This document shows positions 59,922 through 64,000 of a stretch of 64,000 nucleotides of DNA, one piece after another (within the stretch, counting starts at the first letter, position 1; every line of letters starts with the position of its first letter). This DNA is from Longimicrobiales bacterium (lineage in GTDB: Bacteria > Gemmatimonadota > Gemmatimonadetes > Longimicrobiales > Gaopeijiaceae), in assembly GCA_965219445.1 (NCBI GenBank), contig CBDCNQ010000003.1, forward strand, positions 288,001 to 352,000. The letters are read 5' to 3'. Both the position numbers and the translations under genes were made by a program. A model generated the notes under the pieces. The model had not been told where the DNA came from. It worked only from the letters and a program-made list of their open reading frames with translations, and searched no databases.

Positions 59922-60299
59922 ATGATCACCGCCATGAACCGGATCTATGTGGTGCCGGAGTACACCGAGCAGTTCGAGCAGCGCTTCCGGACACGGGCGC
60001 GGCTGGTGGACGGGATGCCCGGGTTTATCTGGAACAAGGTCCTGCGCCCAGTCAATCCGGGAGACCCATACATTGTCTTGACACTGTGGGAGTCCCGGGC
60101 CGCGTTCGATGCATGGGTAAAGTCGGACGAGTTTGTGAAGGGACATGCACGCTCCGGCACGCTTCCGCAAGAAGCGTTCATGCAACCGAGCCAGCTCGAG
60201 TTGCACGAGGTCTTCACGGACTCGAGCCAACCGGATCTGGAGCCGGAGCCACGTGGCAAGCCAGTTGCCTTTCACGGCACCTGGGATGGCGAGCGCTGA
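59922..60299 (+). CDS. ABM-family monooxygenase, IsdG-like
   Basis: MNRI.V, FE.RF..R, PGF, WES..AF..W..S..F..GH. Confidence 0.85.
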   Translation: MITAMNRIYVVPEYTEQFEQRFRTRARLVDGMPGFIWNKVLRPVNPGDPYIVLTLWESRAAFDAWVKSDEFVKGHARSGTLPQEAFMQPSQLELHEVFTDSSQPDLEPEPRGKPVAFHGTWDGER

Positions 60300-60316
60300 A
60301 CGATGAGGGACAATTC

Positions 60317-62278
60317 ATGAGACCGCTATCGCAGCTAACCCAGACCTACCTGACAGTGGCGCTGCTGAGCGTCGCGCTGACGGCAGCGGCCCAAGAGCCG
60401 GGAACCGCGGACGGCGAGTGGCCATCGTATGGCGGCAACCTCTCGCACGACCGCTACTCGCCGCTCGACCAGATCACGGCAGAAAACTTCAGCGAGCTGG
60501 AACTGGCGTGGCGATTCAGCACCGATAACCTCGGTCCGCGGCCCGAGACCAATTTCGAGTCCACGCCGTTGATGGTGAACGGCATCCTCTACACGACGGC
60601 CGGCTCTCGACGCGCCGCGGTCGCGCTCGACCCCGAGACGGGCGAATTGCTCTGGATGCATCGGGTCGACGAGGGCGAGCGGGGCGAAGAGGCACCGCGC
60701 CAGCTGTCCGGCCGCGGACTCGCGTACTGGGACGACGGTGGGGATGGCGTCATCCTGTATGTCACACCGGGCTACCAGCTGGTCGCCCTCAACGCCTGGA
60801 CCGGTGCCCGGATCCAGAGCTTTGGCGACGCCGGCATCGTCGACCTGAAGCAAAACATCGACCAGGATCTCGAACCCACCTCCGAAATCGGGCTGCACGC
60901 AGCGCCGGTGGTCGCGGGCAACACGATCATCATCGGCGCGGCACATCGACCGGGTGGCGCGCCGCCGTCGCGCACGAACGTCAAAGGCTACGTCCGCGGC
61001 TTCGACCTCCGGACCGGCGATCGGAAATGGATCTTCCACACGATTCCCGACGCGGACGAGTTCGGGAACGATAGCTGGCTGAACGATTCCTGGCGCTACA
61101 CCGGGAACACCGGGGTCTGGGCCCAGATGACCATCGACCCCGAGCTGAACATGGCCTACTTCCCGGTCGAGGCGCCGACCGGCGACTACTACGGTGGGCA
61201 TCGCCACGGCGACAACCTGTTCTCTGGCAGCGTCGTGGCGGTCGACCTGGACACGGGCGAACGAGTCTGGCACTACCAGACGGTCCACCACGACATCTGG
61301 GACTGGGACCTGCCGGCGGCGCCGGTGCTGTTGGACATCACCGTCGACGGGCGCCCGATCAAGGCAGTGATCCAGCCGACCAAGCAGTCCTACATGTTCG
61401 TGCTCGACCGGGTTACCGGTGAACCGGTGTGGCCCATTTCGGAAATGCCGGTGACACAGGGTGACGTGCCAGGTGAGTGGTATTCGCCGACCCAGCCGAT
61501 CCCCACCAGACCACCCCCCGTCGACGAGATCGACCTCGGCGTCGAAGACCTGGTCGACTACACGCCCGAGCTGCTGGCGCAGGCCGAGGCAATCTTCTCC
61601 AGATACACGGTCGGATGGCTGTACGACCCGCCCACCGTGGCCATCGCCGGCGGGAGCCTCGGCACCCTGGCGGTACCCAGCTCGACCGGCGGCGTGAACT
61701 GGCCCGGCGGATCGGCCGACCCGGAGACTGGCTTCTTCTACATCTACACCAAGACCCAGGTCGGCGCGCTCGGGCTGGTCAACGACCCGGACCGCTCCGA
61801 CATGGACTTCATCCGTGGCCGCCCCGACGGCGTCAGCTTGCCCGATGCCGCGACGAACATCCAGGGGTTCCCGATGATCAAGCCGCCATGGGGTCGCATC
61901 ACCGGCATCAACATGAACACCGGCGACATCGCGTGGCAGATTCCACACGGCGAAGCGCCAGACAACATCCGGAACCATGAGCTGCTTGGTGGCATGGACA
62001 TCGGGCGAACCGGCTGGCCTGGCCGCGTCGGCGTGCTGGTCACCAAGACCGTGGTCGTCGCTGGCGAATCCGGTCTCTACACGACCGAGACCGGCGAGGT
62101 CGGCGCGATGCTGCGCGCGTATGACAAGGCGACCGGCGCAGAGGTCGGTGCCGTCTACATGACGGCCCCGCAGAGCGGGTCGCCGATGACCTATCAGGTG
62201 AACGACCAGCAATACATCGTCGTCGCCACGAGTGGCGGCGGCCGGTCCGGCGAGCTGTTGGCATACCGTCTGCCCTAG
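60317..62278 (+). CDS. PQQ-dependent dehydrogenase (quinoprotein glucose dehydrogenase-like)
   Basis: Signal peptide; RYSPLDQI, TPLMVNG, WHYQTVHHDIWDWD, GGVNWPG, PMTY. Confidence 0.92.
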   Translation: MRPLSQLTQTYLTVALLSVALTAAAQEPGTADGEWPSYGGNLSHDRYSPLDQITAENFSELELAWRFSTDNLGPRPETNFESTPLMVNGILYTTAGSRRAAVALDPETGELLWMHRVDEGERGEEAPRQLSGRGLAYWDDGGDGVILYVTPGYQLVALNAWTGARIQSFGDAGIVDLKQNIDQDLEPTSEIGLHAAPVVAGNTIIIGAAHRPGGAPPSRTNVKGYVRGFDLRTGDRKWIFHTIPDADEFGNDSWLNDSWRYTGNTGVWAQMTIDPELNMAYFPVEAPTGDYYGGHRHGDNLFSGSVVAVDLDTGERVWHYQTVHHDIWDWDLPAAPVLLDITVDGRPIKAVIQPTKQSYMFVLDRVTGEPVWPISEMPVTQGDVPGEWYSPTQPIPTRPPPVDEIDLGVEDLVDYTPELLAQAEAIFSRYTVGWLYDPPTVAIAGGSLGTLAVPSSTGGVNWPGGSADPETGFFYIYTKTQVGALGLVNDPDRSDMDFIRGRPDGVSLPDAATNIQGFPMIKPPWGRITGINMNTGDIAWQIPHGEAPDNIRNHELLGGMDIGRTGWPGRVGVLVTKTVVVAGESGLYTTETGEVGAMLRAYDKATGAEVGAVYMTAPQSGSPMTYQVNDQQYIVVATSGGGRSGELLAYRLP

Positions 62279-62340
62279 CGGTCCGGGGTGCACGAGAGCG
62301 CACAGCTCTCTCACAGGGACTTGCTCAGGATTCCGTGATG

Positions 62341-63009
62341 TCACACCGCGACAGCCAGAGAGTTGATGTCAGCGTTCTCGAGGACGGGCTTCGTGTGTCC
62401 CCGCGCCGCCACTTCGATCATGGCCCTGCCGATATTGACAGTGGTCGTCACGTGCGTCGGCAGCAGCCGTTCAAGCAACGGGTAGAATGGCCTGAGCACC
62501 GTGTGGAGCGCCCGGTACACGTGCGTCGTGTGGCGCACACCTCGCAGCGGCTGGATGTACCCTGGCCGAAACATGAAGGCATCAAACGGCATCCGTAGCA
62601 GCTGATTCTCCGTCTTGCCTTTGACCCGTGCCCACATGAGGCGGCCCCGTTCCGTGCTGTCTGTCCCTTCCCCGGAGACATAACAAAAAGTAAGCGCAGG
62701 ATTCAGGTCGAGGAGAGACTCAGCGGCCGCGACGGTCAGGTCGTAGGTCACGCTGTGGTAGGCCGCCTCGCTCATGCCCAGGGCGGAGGCTCCGAGACAG
62801 AAGAAGCACGCGTCGATGTTCTGAAAGTGGTCGGTGGCATCCCCGTAGTCGAACAGGTCAGAACGGATGACCTCGCGGAACTTCGGGTGCGTGACAGCGC
62901 CTGGTCTCCGACCCACCGAGAGCACCGACTCGACTCTGGGATCGTCCAGACACTCGATCAGGACCCCAGCCCCGACCATTCCGGTGGCGCCGAATAGGAC
63001 GACGTTCAC
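62341..63009 (-). CDS. NAD(P)-binding epimerase-like protein
   Basis: FGATGMVG, CFFCLG, YVSG.G, WARVKG.TEN, FRPG. Confidence 0.88.
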   Translation of the reverse strand: MNVVLFGATGMVGAGVLIECLDDPRVESVLSVGRRPGAVTHPKFREVIRSDLFDYGDATDHFQNIDACFFCLGASALGMSEAAYHSVTYDLTVAAAESLLDLNPALTFCYVSGEGTDSTERGRLMWARVKGKTENQLLRMPFDAFMFRPGYIQPLRGVRHTTHVYRALHTVLRPFYPLLERLLPTHVTTTVNIGRAMIEVAARGHTKPVLENADINSLAVAV

Positions 63010-63200
63010 TGTGTTCTTGATTGGGCGTGGCCAGGGTCAGCTCGGTCATCCGCAAGAACGGTCTCGGCGTCGATCGTGATACACACGGGGTCTCCAACGA
63101 CGACACCCCCCCTGTCAATCTTGTCGTTCCCCGCGGTATTGATCACTACGTCTACTGACGACAGCCGCGGGTTTGCCGGATCGAACGTCCACTTTGGCAT
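63006..63200 (-). pseudogene. Collapsed YceI-family gene
   Basis: MPKWT + FDPANP..SSVDVVINTA + GGVVVGD.V.ITIDAE: start, middle and end segments of YceI in 64 aa; GGAG RBS retained. Confidence 0.6.
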
Positions 63201-63339
63201 TGCAGTGTCTCCTGTCCGACATCTCCGAGGGCGGTCTGTTCCGTCGAAGCGCCGTTGATGACGGAGTGGGTTGACTGGCCTTCGTCAGCGGCCGGAGTCA
63301 GCGAACGTCACCCTACTCGCCTTGCCTACCGCGTCGCGA

Positions 63340-64000
63340 TCAAGCGAGCGCTGCCGGTATCCGTGTCGCCCACTCCGCGAACCGGGTCCAGCCTACTTCA
63401 GGATAGGACGAGCGGAGTCGGTCGATGTCTGCCTCGTATCCGACGCTGACGAACCACTCGTACATGAGGGCGAGGTCTTCGCTGAAGGACCGAATCCCAT
63501 CGATCGGCACCTCGACCACGGAGATCGGCCTGCCCAGGATGCCGGCCAGCACGTCTGCCGACTCCCGCGAAGAGAGCTCGTCGCCCGCTATGTCGATCCT
63601 CTTCCCGGCAAACTCCTCTGGGTTGGCCAGAACATGAGCGGCAAACGCACCGATGTCCTCGGTGGCGATCTGCTGTAACCGGAGGTCCGCCGGGAGCGCG
63701 ATCGCGTATGTGCCGTCCTTGAGGACGTTGAGCATGTCGGGGAAAAACAGGTTGTCCATGAAGTATACCGGAGCGATGACGGACCAGCGGAGATCGCTCG
63801 CCGCGAGATGTTTCTCGACCCCGTACTTGCTGTCAAAATGAGGGACTCCGGTAGCTTTGTCGGCCGAGGCGACTGAGCTGTATACGAAGTGGTCCACCCC
63901 TGCGGCGGCGGCCGCGTCGACGAGCGCCACACCCTGGGCCGTCTCGGCATCGACGCCCGCCTCGAACGGCGTGGTCATCGCAAAGACCGCATCCACACCC
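63340..64000 (-). CDS. NmrA/HSCARG family protein, 3' part; runs off window edge
   Basis: HFVYSSV..A...TGVPHFDSK, PVYFMDN, DIG.FAA, IDIAGD. Confidence 0.9.
   Translation of the reverse strand, partial: GVDAVFAMTTPFEAGVDAETAQGVALVDAAAAAGVDHFVYSSVASADKATGVPHFDSKYGVEKHLAASDLRWSVIAPVYFMDNLFFPDMLNVLKDGTYAIALPADLRLQQIATEDIGAFAAHVLANPEEFAGKRIDIAGDELSSRESADVLAGILGRPISVVEVPIDGIRSFSEDLALMYEWFVSVGYEADIDRLRSSYPEVGWTRFAEWATRIPAALA

Noticed and set aside
60335..62344. Long antisense ORFs (also 14040-15662, 44679-46139, 30369-31670)
   Set aside because: Shadows of well-supported genes in high-GC DNA; no motifs

Overview
GC-rich bacterial window, probably Gemmatimonadota. That is an inference from family content: a DUF5916 protein, a HEAT + HD-GYP pair, an 'MPDPVTRLNAAL' kinase N-terminus, and many Tat/PQQ enzymes. 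About 50 genes: TAXI-TRAP and POT transporters, two PPIases, a STAND-LuxR regulator, ABC-F/MarR, two Tat-exported PaoABC/XDH-family molybdoenzyme operons with mobA and moaA, two PQQ-dependent dehydrogenases, a TetR-controlled MMPL/LolA-like/outer-membrane operon, TenA x2 and an Fe-S cluster region. I saw no rRNA, tRNA, CRISPR array or transposase. Two loci stand out. (1) 24.4-27.2 kb: a double-HTH XRE regulator, an unannotated 47-aa lipopeptide, a convergent TPR protein and a promoter-driven structured RNA, together resembling a peptide-receptor signalling module. (2) 49.8-55.9 kb: a Fur-box-preceded orphan sufB, a radical SAM selenoprotein (in-frame UGA in a CUAEP tail, SECIS-like hairpin) and DUF2203, converging on nitroreductase-nfuA-ATP-grasp. 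Also present: two apparent pseudo-enzymes (AKR-Rid fusion, HD-GYP), three deleted-gene scars and several homopolymer tracts. All calls come from motif recognition by eye; no database search was run.
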